Origin: Candidatus Lloydbacteria bacterium RIFCSPHIGHO2_02_FULL_50_18
Lineage (GTDB): Bacteria > Patescibacteriota > Minisyncoccia > Phycocordibacterales > UBA6899
Reading direction: 5' to 3'
NCBI GenBank assembly: GCA_001821395.1
Contig: MHLM01000007.1
Coordinates: 1 to 29,245, forward strand
Length of the DNA: 29,245 nt
In this document: in pieces, positions 7,986 through 15,334 of the stretch
Numbering within the stretch: the stretch's first letter is position 1
Layout: each line of letters opens with the position of its first letter
Program-made: the position numbers and the translations under genes
Notes under the pieces: model-generated
Seen by the model: the letters and a program-made list of their open reading frames with translations, nothing else
What the model was told of the DNA's origin: nothing
The model's database searches: none

Positions 7986-10181
7986 ATGGATGATAAATTT
8001 CTGACCCCATACAAGCCCGAGGAGACTGAAGAGAAAGTATACAAAGCGTGGCTCGATTCGGGAGTATTCAATCCCGATATTTGTATACAAAAAGGAATCA
8101 CAAAAAATACGGCGGAAACTTTTTCAATGGTCCTTCCTCCGCCAAACGTTACCGGCATACTGCACATGGGTCATGCGGCAATGATCGCGATCGAAGACAT
8201 CATTGTGCGATACGAGCGCATGAACGGAAAAAGAACACTCTGGATCCCCGGGACTGACCATGCCGCGATCGCAACACAATCAAAAGTCGAAAAGATCATC
8301 GAAAAGGAAGGGACGAACAAACATAAACTGGGGCGTGATGCATTCATGATTCGCGTTGAACAGTTCGCGCAAGAAAGTCATGACACGATCGTCAACCAAA
8401 TAAAAAAAATGGGCGCATCGATTGACTGGAGTCGCGAAGCGTTTACGCTTGATGAGAAGCGTAGTCTTGCCGTCCGCACCGCATTCAAGCGCATGTATGA
8501 CGATGGACTCATCTATCGCAGCGCACGCATTGTGAACTGGGACCCGAAAGGACAGACGACGATCTCTGATGATGAGATCGTTCACGAAGAGCGAAAGGCG
8601 ACGATGTATACATTTCGCTATTGGAAAGACTTCCCTATCGCGATCTCAACCACGCGTCCTGAAACAAAAGTCGGCGATGTTGCGGTCGCAGTGCATCCCG
8701 ACGATGCGCGCTACAGCAAGTTTGTCGGACAAATTTTTTCCGGTGAGTTCTGCGGTGTGCCGCTCCATATCACTATTGTTGCAGATGAGTCCGTCGAGAA
8801 AGATTTTGGTACCGGTGCACTTGGTGTCACTCCTGCACACAGTCAGATCGACTGGGAGATCGCTGCGCGGCACAAGCTTTCTCACAAGCAGGTCATCAAT
8901 GAGTATGCGAAGATGATCGTCGGCGACGAACGCCTCATGGGGAAGAAGGTCGGTGAGGCGCGTACCGCCATTGTTGAATGGATTCGCGCAGAGGGTCTTA
9001 TGGAAAAAGACGAAGAAGTGACACAAAATGTCGCAACGGCAGAGCGCACCGGCGGCATTATCGAGCCGCTTCCAAAATTGCAGTGGTGGATCGACGTTGA
9101 AAAAAATTTCGCCATGAAGGGCGATGGGATACCCGGTATCACAAAGGGGCAAAATGCCACACTCAAGGAAGTGATGACTAAGGCGGTCGCAGCGCATGCG
9201 ATCACCATTCTCCCCGAGCGTTTCGAAAAAACGTACTTCCAATGGATCGATAATCTTCGCCCATGGTGCATATCGCGTCAGATATGGTATGGACACCGAA
9301 TCCCCGTCTGGTACAAGGACGAAGAAGTATACTGCGGGATAGAAGCACCAACAGGAGCGGGGTGGACCCAGGATGAGGATACCCTCGATACGTGGTTCTC
9401 TTCCGGACTCTGGTCATTCTCGACCCTCGGTTGGCCGAACATGGAGGCCAAAGATCTCCAGGACTATCATCCGACCAACCTGCTTGAAACAGGGTATGAC
9501 ATCATTTTCTTTTGGGTTGCACGCATGATACTCATGTCCGGATATCACCTCGGCACCGTCCCCTTCCGCACCGTGTATCTTCATGGACTTGTCCGAGACG
9601 CAAAAGGAAAGAAGATGAGCAAGTCACTCGGTAATGCGATCGACCCACTTGAAATGATCGAAAAATATGGCGCGGACGCGACGAGACTTTCTGTCATCAT
9701 CGGGGCAGGACCGGGTTCGGACGTCAGCCTTGCTGAAGACAAAATACGCGGCTATAAAAAATATACGAACAAGATCTGGAATATCGCTCGCTTCATTCTT
9801 TCAAATACTGAAGGGGTGGACTTGTCAACAAAACCGACGCTCACCGCTCGTGAGGTAGAGATATTGTCTGAATTCAATGCGGTGATCGCATACACCGATC
9901 TGCACATACGAGAATTCAAGCTCCACCTGGCGGGAGAAAAGCTCTACGACTACACGTGGCATATCTTTGCGGATATTATTCTCGAAGAGAGCAAGGAAGC
10001 GCTGCTTTCCGATGATAGTGCCGTAAGTACTTCACGCAAATGGCTACTTCGGCACATCTTTGAAGAACTATTAAAATTGCAACACCCCTTCATGCCATTC
10101 GTAACCGAAGAGATATGGGGTTCACTCCCAAACAGAAAACAACCGCTCATTATTACTCCGTGGCCAAAGCAGGCAATATAA
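7986..10181 (+). CDS. valS: valine--tRNA ligase (ValRS), lacking the usual C-terminal coiled-coil domain
   Basis: PPPNVTGILHMGHA (ValRS-type HIGH region), KMSKS, WCISRQ, and an editing-domain segment. The 731-aa protein ends right after the anticodon-binding region. Confidence 0.8.
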   Translation: MDDKFLTPYKPEETEEKVYKAWLDSGVFNPDICIQKGITKNTAETFSMVLPPPNVTGILHMGHAAMIAIEDIIVRYERMNGKRTLWIPGTDHAAIATQSKVEKIIEKEGTNKHKLGRDAFMIRVEQFAQESHDTIVNQIKKMGASIDWSREAFTLDEKRSLAVRTAFKRMYDDGLIYRSARIVNWDPKGQTTISDDEIVHEERKATMYTFRYWKDFPIAISTTRPETKVGDVAVAVHPDDARYSKFVGQIFSGEFCGVPLHITIVADESVEKDFGTGALGVTPAHSQIDWEIAARHKLSHKQVINEYAKMIVGDERLMGKKVGEARTAIVEWIRAEGLMEKDEEVTQNVATAERTGGIIEPLPKLQWWIDVEKNFAMKGDGIPGITKGQNATLKEVMTKAVAAHAITILPERFEKTYFQWIDNLRPWCISRQIWYGHRIPVWYKDEEVYCGIEAPTGAGWTQDEDTLDTWFSSGLWSFSTLGWPNMEAKDLQDYHPTNLLETGYDIIFFWVARMILMSGYHLGTVPFRTVYLHGLVRDAKGKKMSKSLGNAIDPLEMIEKYGADATRLSVIIGAGPGSDVSLAEDKIRGYKKYTNKIWNIARFILSNTEGVDLSTKPTLTAREVEILSEFNAVIAYTDLHIREFKLHLAGEKLYDYTWHIFADIILEESKEALLSDDSAVSTSRKWLLRHIFEELLKLQHPFMPFVTEEIWGSLPNRKQPLIITPWPKQAI

Positions 10182-10222
10182 GACCGAGAGTGCACGATGT
10201 TATTTGTAAAAACCAATAGAGA

Positions 10223-10975
10223 ATGACCGAGATAACGCCAAGTATGGTATTTATCGCTCTGTTAGGGGGGATACTCCCCTCGGTCTTTTGGCTTTGGTTC
10301 TGGCTGAAGGAGGATGATATCCATCCCGAGCCGCGCGGACTGATCATACTCTCTTTTCTTGTGGGAATGCTCGCAACAGCACTTGCATATCCGATCGAAC
10401 AATTCATTGCAGTGAACGTGAACGGAAGCGACCTTCTCCTGCTCTCTCTCTGGGCGATCACGGAGGAAGTACTCAAATTCCTCGGCATTTATTTGATCGC
10501 TCTTCGCAGTAGATACTTCGATGAACCGATCGATGCGGTCATCTACTTCATGACTATCGCACTCGGATTTGCAGCGCTCGAAAATACGATGTTTCTGTTC
10601 AATCCACTTGTCGGCGGCGACACGATGGCGACACTCCTCCTTGGTAATTTCCGATTTATCGGCGCAACGCTGCTTCATGTCGGAGCAAGCGGATTCGTTG
10701 GTGTGATGCTCGCACTCTCATTCTATGAAGTTCGTGCAAAAAGACGCATTGCAAGCATCGTGGGACTCCTTGGCGCGATCACGTTGCATACCTTATTCAA
10801 CTTCTCTATAATTATGAGCGAGGGGGCGTACTTATATCAAATATTCGTCGGATTATGGATATTTGTTATCGGAATCTTGTTTTTCTGTGAAAAGATCAAG
10901 AAACTCGCACCACGAAGTCATGTCGAATATCCGCATACCGGCATCGTTATCAATATCCCCCATAAACTTCTCTAA
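10223..10975 (+). CDS. PrsW-family intramembrane protease (M82-like)
   Basis: Polytopic membrane protein with EExxK (ITEEVLKF), FAALE, LLHVGASG and HTLFN motifs characteristic of PrsW proteases. Confidence 0.55.
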   Translation: MTEITPSMVFIALLGGILPSVFWLWFWLKEDDIHPEPRGLIILSFLVGMLATALAYPIEQFIAVNVNGSDLLLLSLWAITEEVLKFLGIYLIALRSRYFDEPIDAVIYFMTIALGFAALENTMFLFNPLVGGDTMATLLLGNFRFIGATLLHVGASGFVGVMLALSFYEVRAKRRIASIVGLLGAITLHTLFNFSIIMSEGAYLYQIFVGLWIFVIGILFFCEKIKKLAPRSHVEYPHTGIVINIPHKLL

Positions 10976-10977
10976 AT

Positions 10978-11496
10978 ATGGCAGAACGCAAAAAAACTTT
11001 TCTTGAGCGACTCACCGGAACAGTGGTCATTAATGAAAAAGAATCTTTCCCGTCTCACGAGGTTGACATGAAAAAAGAGCAGGAAGAAATATACCACACC
11101 AACGTCGGAACACCTGGTAACGAGAGCGAATCCGCGGAAGACGATGTGGAGTCATTCGATGAAGAGGAGGTCGCCGGACTTGCCATCGATATGTACGAAA
11201 CCGACAATGAACTCATCATCCAAAGCATGATCGCCGGCGTCGCTCCGGAAAATCTACACATCGCGATCACGCGAGACCTCGTCACCATCACCGGTAAACG
11301 CATCGCACCGGGGGTTCCGGAGCATGACTACATCACTCAAGAGCTCTATTGGGGAGTATTTTCACGAGCGATTGCATTACCATTCGAGATCGATACTGAC
11401 GGAGCGGAAGCGGTTGAAAAATTTGGACTACTTATCATTCGACTTCCAAAGATCGACAGAAACAGGGCACAGGAGTTAAAGGTGAAAACGATCTGA
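10978..11496 (+). CDS. Hsp20/alpha-crystallin family small heat-shock protein
   Basis: Alpha-crystallin domain signature (AIDMYETDNELIIQ..IAGV....I..TGKR...F.R.IALP..ID). Its start is 2 nt after the prsW-like stop. Confidence 0.7.
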   Translation: MAERKKTFLERLTGTVVINEKESFPSHEVDMKKEQEEIYHTNVGTPGNESESAEDDVESFDEEEVAGLAIDMYETDNELIIQSMIAGVAPENLHIAITRDLVTITGKRIAPGVPEHDYITQELYWGVFSRAIALPFEIDTDGAEAVEKFGLLIIRLPKIDRNRAQELKVKTI

Positions 11497-11523
11497 CCTT
11501 CGGCTCATATTTGAAATAGCCGT

Positions 11524-11558
11524 CAAAAAAATTCCCGAATCTTCATTCGGGAATTTTG
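11524..11558. terminator. bidirectional rho-independent terminator
   Basis: A6, stem attcccgaa(11531-11539)/ttcgggaat(11546-11554), then TTT. It lies between hsp20 (+) and a convergent minus-strand ORF. Confidence 0.6.
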
Positions 11559-11957
11559 CTAATTTGGATCCTGCGTCGGAAGCGAATTGCCGTATAAACT
11601 GCGATACTCGACAGGGCGACCGGACTCTCTCGCCCGAGTGATCCCCAGTACCATACCGGCAAAGATACCCCGATCGACATAGACCGCCGTTGCATTTGCA
11701 TGCTCACCCCATGCCAATCCTGCGCTGATCCCCAGCTCACGATCCACGGGATCCTTATCGTCAAGGACCCCTTGTTGAGTGTAGAGCAAATGACTTGCAT
11801 AAGGCGCCTCGCGGCGCATAAGTGCATCATGCATACACGCTCGAGCATACGTGATATTTGCTTCCAGTTCTTCGTAACACGCACCCCGATAGGGACTCTC
11901 AATGATAACGAGTCGAAAAGATCTCATTCGAAACCCCACGGTAATCTCTTTTATCAT
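11559..11957 (-). CDS. hypothetical protein; faint resemblance to DUF4406/nucleoside 2-deoxyribosyltransferase-like fold
   Basis: 132-aa ORF. The LVIIESPYRG segment resembles the YxxGP N-terminal motif of that fold, but this is weak. A TAAATT then 6 nt then ATG arrangement sits at 11957. An alternative ATG at 11927 follows a GGGG Shine-Dalgarno-like site. Confidence 0.4.
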   Translation of the reverse strand: MIKEITVGFRMRSFRLVIIESPYRGACYEELEANITYARACMHDALMRREAPYASHLLYTQQGVLDDKDPVDRELGISAGLAWGEHANATAVYVDRGIFAGMVLGITRARESGRPVEYRSLYGNSLPTQDPN

Positions 11958-12042
11958 CCTAACAATTTACCCACGAAACACCAGAAAACCTCAATCGCTG
12001 TGCTTTTCAACCCTTCAAACTCTTTCAGAGTTTGTCCTCGGC

Positions 12043-12069
12043 AAAAAACACCCTTACGGGTGTTTTTTT
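12043..12069. terminator. rho-independent terminator downstream of tRNA-Phe
   Basis: A-run, stem acaccc(12048-12053)/gggtgt(12058-12063) with loop ttac, then T7. It is enclosed by an outer inverted repeat, gtcctcggca/tgccgaggac, that copies the tRNA 3' end. Confidence 0.6.
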
Positions 12070-12073
12070 CTTG

Positions 12074-12146
12074 TGCCGAGGACCAGGGTTGAACTGGTGA
12101 CCCCTCGCTCTTCAGGCGAATGCTCTACCAACTGAGCTACCTCGGC
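12074..12146 (-). tRNA. tRNA-Phe (GAA)
   Basis: The reverse complement folds as a cloverleaf: GCCGAGG TA GCTC AGTTGGTA GAGC A TTCGC CTGAAGA GCGAG GGGTC ACCAG TTCAACC CTGGT CCTCGGC A. The anticodon is GAA and CCA is not encoded. Confidence 0.85.
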
Positions 12147-12286
12147 AAGAGAGGAATAGAATGAGGATATCATATATACTCATTTTTTCCGAACGCCGCC
12201 GTAGGTATGTTTCATACCTCGGCGTTCTACGTATTACTAATCGGTTCAACCCTGAGGTCGCAACGATACGAGCCAGAATATCCTAT

Positions 12287-12571
12287 TTAGCGAACTTTAT
12301 CAAGAAGACCCTGGAGATTCGGTAAAGACGCGGCTCCCGAATCAAGTGTCGAAATAGTATGCACGAGTTTTTGGTATGTCTCAAGATATTTCACCAAATA
12401 GGGCTGTACGAAGTAATACGACCAACCCAATACACCAAGGATCACGAGCCAATAGATAAAGGTAAATATCCGCCCCCACAGCATGCTTCGGTGCATTCCA
12501 CGGAGAATGCGGTTATTTTCCTTTTCGATATCGAGAAGTTTGGTCAATGTGTCATGGTCTGTTTCAGGCAT
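12287..12571 (-). CDS. hypothetical small membrane protein
   Basis: One predicted TM helix (IFTFIYWLVILGVLGW). The ATG at 12571 is preceded by TATACT and 6 nt, a leaderless-type arrangement. The ORF-track start at 12577 is a TTG. Confidence 0.45.
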   Translation of the reverse strand: MPETDHDTLTKLLDIEKENNRILRGMHRSMLWGRIFTFIYWLVILGVLGWSYYFVQPYLVKYLETYQKLVHTISTLDSGAASLPNLQGLLDKVR

Positions 12572-12614
12572 AAACAAAGTATATCAAGAAATAATTGCAC
12601 AACAAACCCTACGT

Positions 12615-12638
12615 GGTGCCCCTGGCCGGAATCGAACG
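12615..12638 (-). pseudogene. tRNA 3'-terminal fragment (T-loop plus acceptor 3' strand plus CCA)
   Basis: Reverse complement reads GTTCGATTCCGGCCAGGGGCACCA. It is similar to, but not identical with, the 3' end of the adjacent tRNA-Arg, and no matching 5' part lies within 80 nt. Confidence 0.45.
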
Positions 12639-12659
12639 CACTATTTTTCCTGCAACAAC

Positions 12660-12734
12660 TGGTGCCCCCAGCGGGAATCGAACCTACATCTACTCCTTAG
12701 GACGGAGCTGTTCTATCCATTGAACTATGGGGGC
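12660..12734 (-). tRNA. tRNA-Arg (CCT)
   Basis: 75-nt cloverleaf: GCCCCCA TA GTTC AATGGATA GAAC A GCTCC GTCCTAA GGAGT AGAT GTAGG TTCGATT CCCGC TGGGGGC A CCA. The anticodon is CCT, CCA is encoded, and the T-stem has one A-C mismatch. Confidence 0.75.
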
Positions 12735-12894
12735 ACAAGTTGTTGCAGGAAATAAAATTAATACAAGAATCAAACTGACATCTCCGCCCTACTGGCGCTG
12801 TACACCTTTTGGCTTTTTGTTTCACTTCGTTCACAAAACGACTCAAAAGGTCTTGCGGTGTGGCCCCATCGGAATGGGTTCCCAAAGCCACACC

Positions 12895-12945
12895 TCACCT
12901 TAGGACGGAGCTGTTCTATCCATTGAACTACAGAGGCGACGAGCG
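12895..12945 (-). pseudogene. tRNA 5'-half fragment (acceptor 5' strand through anticodon loop), paralogous to tRNA-Arg(CCT)
   Basis: 33 nt (D-arm to anticodon loop) are identical to tRNA-Arg(CCT). The acceptor strand is GCCTCTG rather than GCCCCCA. The sequence diverges after the anticodon loop and there is no T-arm. Confidence 0.45.
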
Positions 12946-12962
12946 TGATTTCCCTCAAGAAT

Positions 12963-12990
12963 ATAAAAGTCCACAATTGTGGACTTTTAT
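12963..12990. terminator. palindromic bidirectional terminator
   Basis: aaaagtccaca at tgtggactttt is a perfect 11-bp stem flanked by an A-run and a T-run. It lies downstream of the glutaredoxin-like gene on the minus strand. Confidence 0.55.
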
Positions 12991-13019
12991 ATAGTATGTT
13001 TTCCTACTCTCTTTCGCAA

Positions 13020-13268
13020 CTATGCGGGAACGATACCCAGTAACTCTTGGAGTTTCGATTTATTGAATCCTACTATAATATCCTTATCAATGATGATGAC
13101 GGGGACCCCCATTTGTCCGCTCTTCTCAATCATCTCCTGACGCTTCGCAAGATCTTTCCCTACGTCAAATTCCTGGAATTCGACATTATTTTTTTGAAAA
13201 AATTCTTTCGCCAGCTTGCAATAACCACATGATTCTGTCGAATAAATTTGAACGCTTTTCATAGGCAT
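13020..13268 (-). CDS. glutaredoxin/NrdH-like thioredoxin-fold protein
   Basis: 82-aa ORF with a CGYC redox motif near the N-terminus (VQIYSTESCGYCKLAKEF) and a conserved GVPVIII..D..IVGF segment. Confidence 0.75.
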   Translation of the reverse strand: MPMKSVQIYSTESCGYCKLAKEFFQKNNVEFQEFDVGKDLAKRQEMIEKSGQMGVPVIIIDKDIIVGFNKSKLQELLGIVPA

Positions 13269-13295
13269 CTGGAGTTACCGATTAATCGTGAACGC

Positions 13296-13304
13296 ATTAT
13301 AGCA
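13296..13304 (-). promoter_or_regulatory. extended -10 promoter TGCTATAAT (within the conserved motif TCTCGTGCTATAAT)
   Basis: Plus strand attatagca is TGCTATAAT on the minus strand, about 28 nt upstream of the grx-like start. The same 14-mer recurs at 22054-22067. Confidence 0.45.
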
Positions 13305-13466
13305 CGAGACAACGGGGGGCATGCAAATGGGGAATTTAATACAAGAATTAGTTGCGCGCCGAGCAAAGAGGAACGATCTCTTGAATTTTACATTATAGGG
13401 TGAATGGTCTTCATGAAAATTAAAAAAGAAAACCGCTGGGCGAACCATGCGGCTAAAATTAACACT

Positions 13467-13841
13467 TTAAGGGTAGGGATGCTTTTGCACTATCTCAATA
13501 TTTTCCACCTGAGACAGTTCATCAAAGATGCGTGATACGATCCTCAGCGCCTCAGATGGATCAGCTCCTTCTTTCCAATCAGTACCGCCCTGATTTGCCA
13601 TTCCAGAACCATTTTGCTGTTCATCAATAAGCTTTATCCCACCGGCAGGAATATTGTCTTCCCAATGATTATCGGTATAGTAAATGGAATAATCAACGCA
13701 CGCCACCCCCCTTCTGTCTTCGGAGTCTCCGATACATATCGTAACTCCTTTAAGTTTTTCTCCGTACAGTTCCTTGATTGGGTCAAGGTCTGAACCGTTG
13801 CCATAAGTGCCGCCTCTCATGATCCGAGCGAATTTCGACAT
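13467..13841 (-). CDS. hypothetical protein
   Basis: The start was chosen at MSKFARIM, which is preceded by GGAAGGAGAG 8 nt upstream. There is no recognisable family, and the composition is Gly/Asp-rich. Confidence 0.5.
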   Translation of the reverse strand: MSKFARIMRGGTYGNGSDLDPIKELYGEKLKGVTICIGDSEDRRGVACVDYSIYYTDNHWEDNIPAGGIKLIDEQQNGSGMANQGGTDWKEGADPSEALRIVSRIFDELSQVENIEIVQKHPYP

Positions 13842-13877
13842 TTGAGTCTCTCCTTCCAAGGTTTGATTTTCTTTTTT

Positions 13878-13886
13878 GATTATGCA
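13878..13886 (-). promoter_or_regulatory. candidate -10 (TGCATAATC) for the hypothetical gene at 13841
   Basis: It matches the TGCATAAT element used by the rnpB promoter in this window and lies about 37 nt upstream of the start. Confidence 0.35.
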
Positions 13887-14010
13887 CCATCAAACAAATA
13901 TGTCAAGGCTTGATTAAAATCTTTGCTTAACAATTATCTAGACGTTTAAGCTCAAAAAAATATATTTCAACATCAAAAACACTTCACCTTACTAATACAC
14001 AACGAGACGA

Positions 14011-14283
14011 TGTTAGAATCAGCGATATCCCTGAAGTAGAAACGACGACGAGTGCGCTAAGGCACAAAAAATCTCATTCTATGCGCGTAGGCAAAGCCTC
14101 CCGCACGTCGGTCCTCGAATCAGAGCCGAATGAAGCGGAACGATTTCCCTCAAATTACACGAGGTGCGGAATCAATGCGGGTAAGCAAAGCTTTCCTCGC
14201 ACGGCAAGCTTCGGAAATGGAAATCGTTGCAAATCACAAAAAAACAATAAGAACGAGATATCTCGTTCTTATTGTTTTTTTGT
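14011..14283 (+). ncRNA. candidate structured ncRNA (unknown family) with duplicated hairpin modules
   Basis: An extended -10 TGTTAGAAT (14011-14019) leads to about 250 nt of non-coding sequence. Two related modules (about 14084-14150 and 14174-14230) differ by a compensatory change in one stem-loop (aggc-aaa-gcct versus aagc-aaa-gctt). The region ends at a strong terminator. Confidence 0.3.
14236..14283. terminator. strong bidirectional terminator (17-bp perfect palindrome)
   Basis: A7, then aacaataagaacgagat|atctcgttcttattgtt (14243-14276, no loop, centre gatatc), then T7. It sits between the candidate ncRNA (+) and tRNA-Gly (-). Confidence 0.65.
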
Positions 14284-14312
14284 GATTTGCGGACTTCCGC
14301 TTCACTCAACTC

Positions 14313-14386
14313 TGGTGCGGGTAGGGAGAATCGAACTCCCGTCTCAACCTTGGGAAGGTCGCATTCTACCACTAAACCATACCCGC
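14313..14386 (-). tRNA. tRNA-Gly (CCC)
   Basis: Reverse complement GCGGGTA TG GTTT AGTGGTA GAAT G CGACC TTCCCAA GGTTG AGAC GGGAG TTCGATT CTCCC TACCCGC A CCA. The anticodon is CCC and CCA is encoded. Confidence 0.8.
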
Positions 14387-14392
14387 AAATAT

Positions 14393-14794
14393 TCAATTCG
14401 ACAGACCGACCGCACTCAGAACTTTTTGTGTGACCCCTGGTGTTTCGTCAGGCACTGTGACCGTATGAACCTTCTCAGCTGTTGGGTCAGCAACGATAAT
14501 AACATTTTCCCCCTCTTTCGCAACCATGAATCTGTCCCGGATCTCCCCTTCGATGCCCCGCTCTGTGGAAAGATCAAGAATATCCAGAGAAAGCTCTTTT
14601 TCTCTAGCCTCTAGCTCTGTTAAACGTTGTGTCACAACATCAGTTTTATCCGTTGCGTCCCGGCTCTTCTCATACATCCCCCAGGCACCATTGGCAACCA
14701 TAACAAAAACAACGGCAAGAACGATGATGGTCGGTTTTGCGTACATTGCCCTTCTTACACGATTACGCTCTTTAAAATCTAGCATGCGAGACAT
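14393..14794 (-). CDS. septum formation initiator family protein (FtsB/DivIC-like)
   Basis: Short cytoplasmic N-terminus, one TM helix, a coiled coil (LTELEAREKELSLDILDL), then IEGEIRDRFMVAKEGENVIIV, which matches the DivIC/FtsB C-terminal motif. TATACT then 6 nt then ATG suggests a leaderless transcript. Confidence 0.55.
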   Translation of the reverse strand: MSRMLDFKERNRVRRAMYAKPTIIVLAVVFVMVANGAWGMYEKSRDATDKTDVVTQRLTELEAREKELSLDILDLSTERGIEGEIRDRFMVAKEGENVIIVADPTAEKVHTVTVPDETPGVTQKVLSAVGLSN

Positions 14795-15088
14795 GACTAT
14801 AGTATACCCCGTAGTGAGCCCTCACCGATAATCGAGGGTTGTGTATTTCTCGCCTAGCCAGTAAAATATCGATCGCATACAAGCTCTGGCGCATTAGGTC
14901 TACTACGAGGTATACTATTGAACAATCACCAAAAACATATGTCACTATTTCTCCGAGAAAAAAAGCACAAAAAATGGTTCAATCTTGTCTGGACCATTGT
15001 GGGTATCATGGTCATAAGTAGTATGGTACTCCTCTATCTCCCCGCCTTCCTCTAATAATACCATCTCCAAGAAACCTCTGAACACCAA

Positions 15089-15185
15089 GTCCGGCAAATT
15101 TCGGCTCTGTCATCAGGAAAATATGAAGTCCTATCTCGATAGGTCTTCATATTTTCCTGATGCCCCGCTCGAAATTTTCTCGGAC
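15089..15185. repeat. 97-nt imperfect palindrome with a 52-nt near-perfect core
   Basis: catcaggaaaatatgaag t cctatc tc gatagg t cttcatattttcctgatg (15111-15162, 24 bp paired) is extended by gtccg...cggac arms. It lies in a 540-bp non-coding interval. Confidence 0.55.
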
Positions 15186-15252
15186 TTATGTCCAGACCTT
15201 TCTTGTCGATGGTATAAACTTGATATTCTCGATGCAGTGCGAGACGGCAAGT

Positions 15253-15298
15253 AAAATACCCACAAATTGTACATAAATGTACTACTTGTGGGTATTTT
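15253..15298. terminator. lepA terminator (nested hairpin)
   Basis: Outer stem aaaatacccacaa(15253-15265)/ttgtgggtatttt(15286-15298). Inner stem gtacat aa atgtac. It is U-rich on both strands. Confidence 0.6.
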
Positions 15299-15334
15299 GT
15301 GCAGTCAACGACGCAATGCGCTAGAATTTCTAAT

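Noticed and set aside
8048-10216. Several antisense ORFs (for example 8646-9296 at 216 aa and 8882-9271)
   Set aside because: They are embedded antisense in valS, which has strong family signatures. There is no independent support.
12040-12085. Inverted copy of the tRNA-Phe 3' end (cctcggca) flanking the terminator, considered as an integration att site
   Set aside because: It is only 8-10 nt, and together with the tRNA 3' end it simply forms an extended terminator stem. No integrase or foreign-looking DNA is adjacent.
14081-14614. 177-aa plus-strand ORF and the overlapping 74-aa minus ORF 14172-14396
   Set aside because: They run through a terminator palindrome and tRNA-Gly. The composition is not protein-like. 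The region is better explained as ncRNA, terminator and tRNA.
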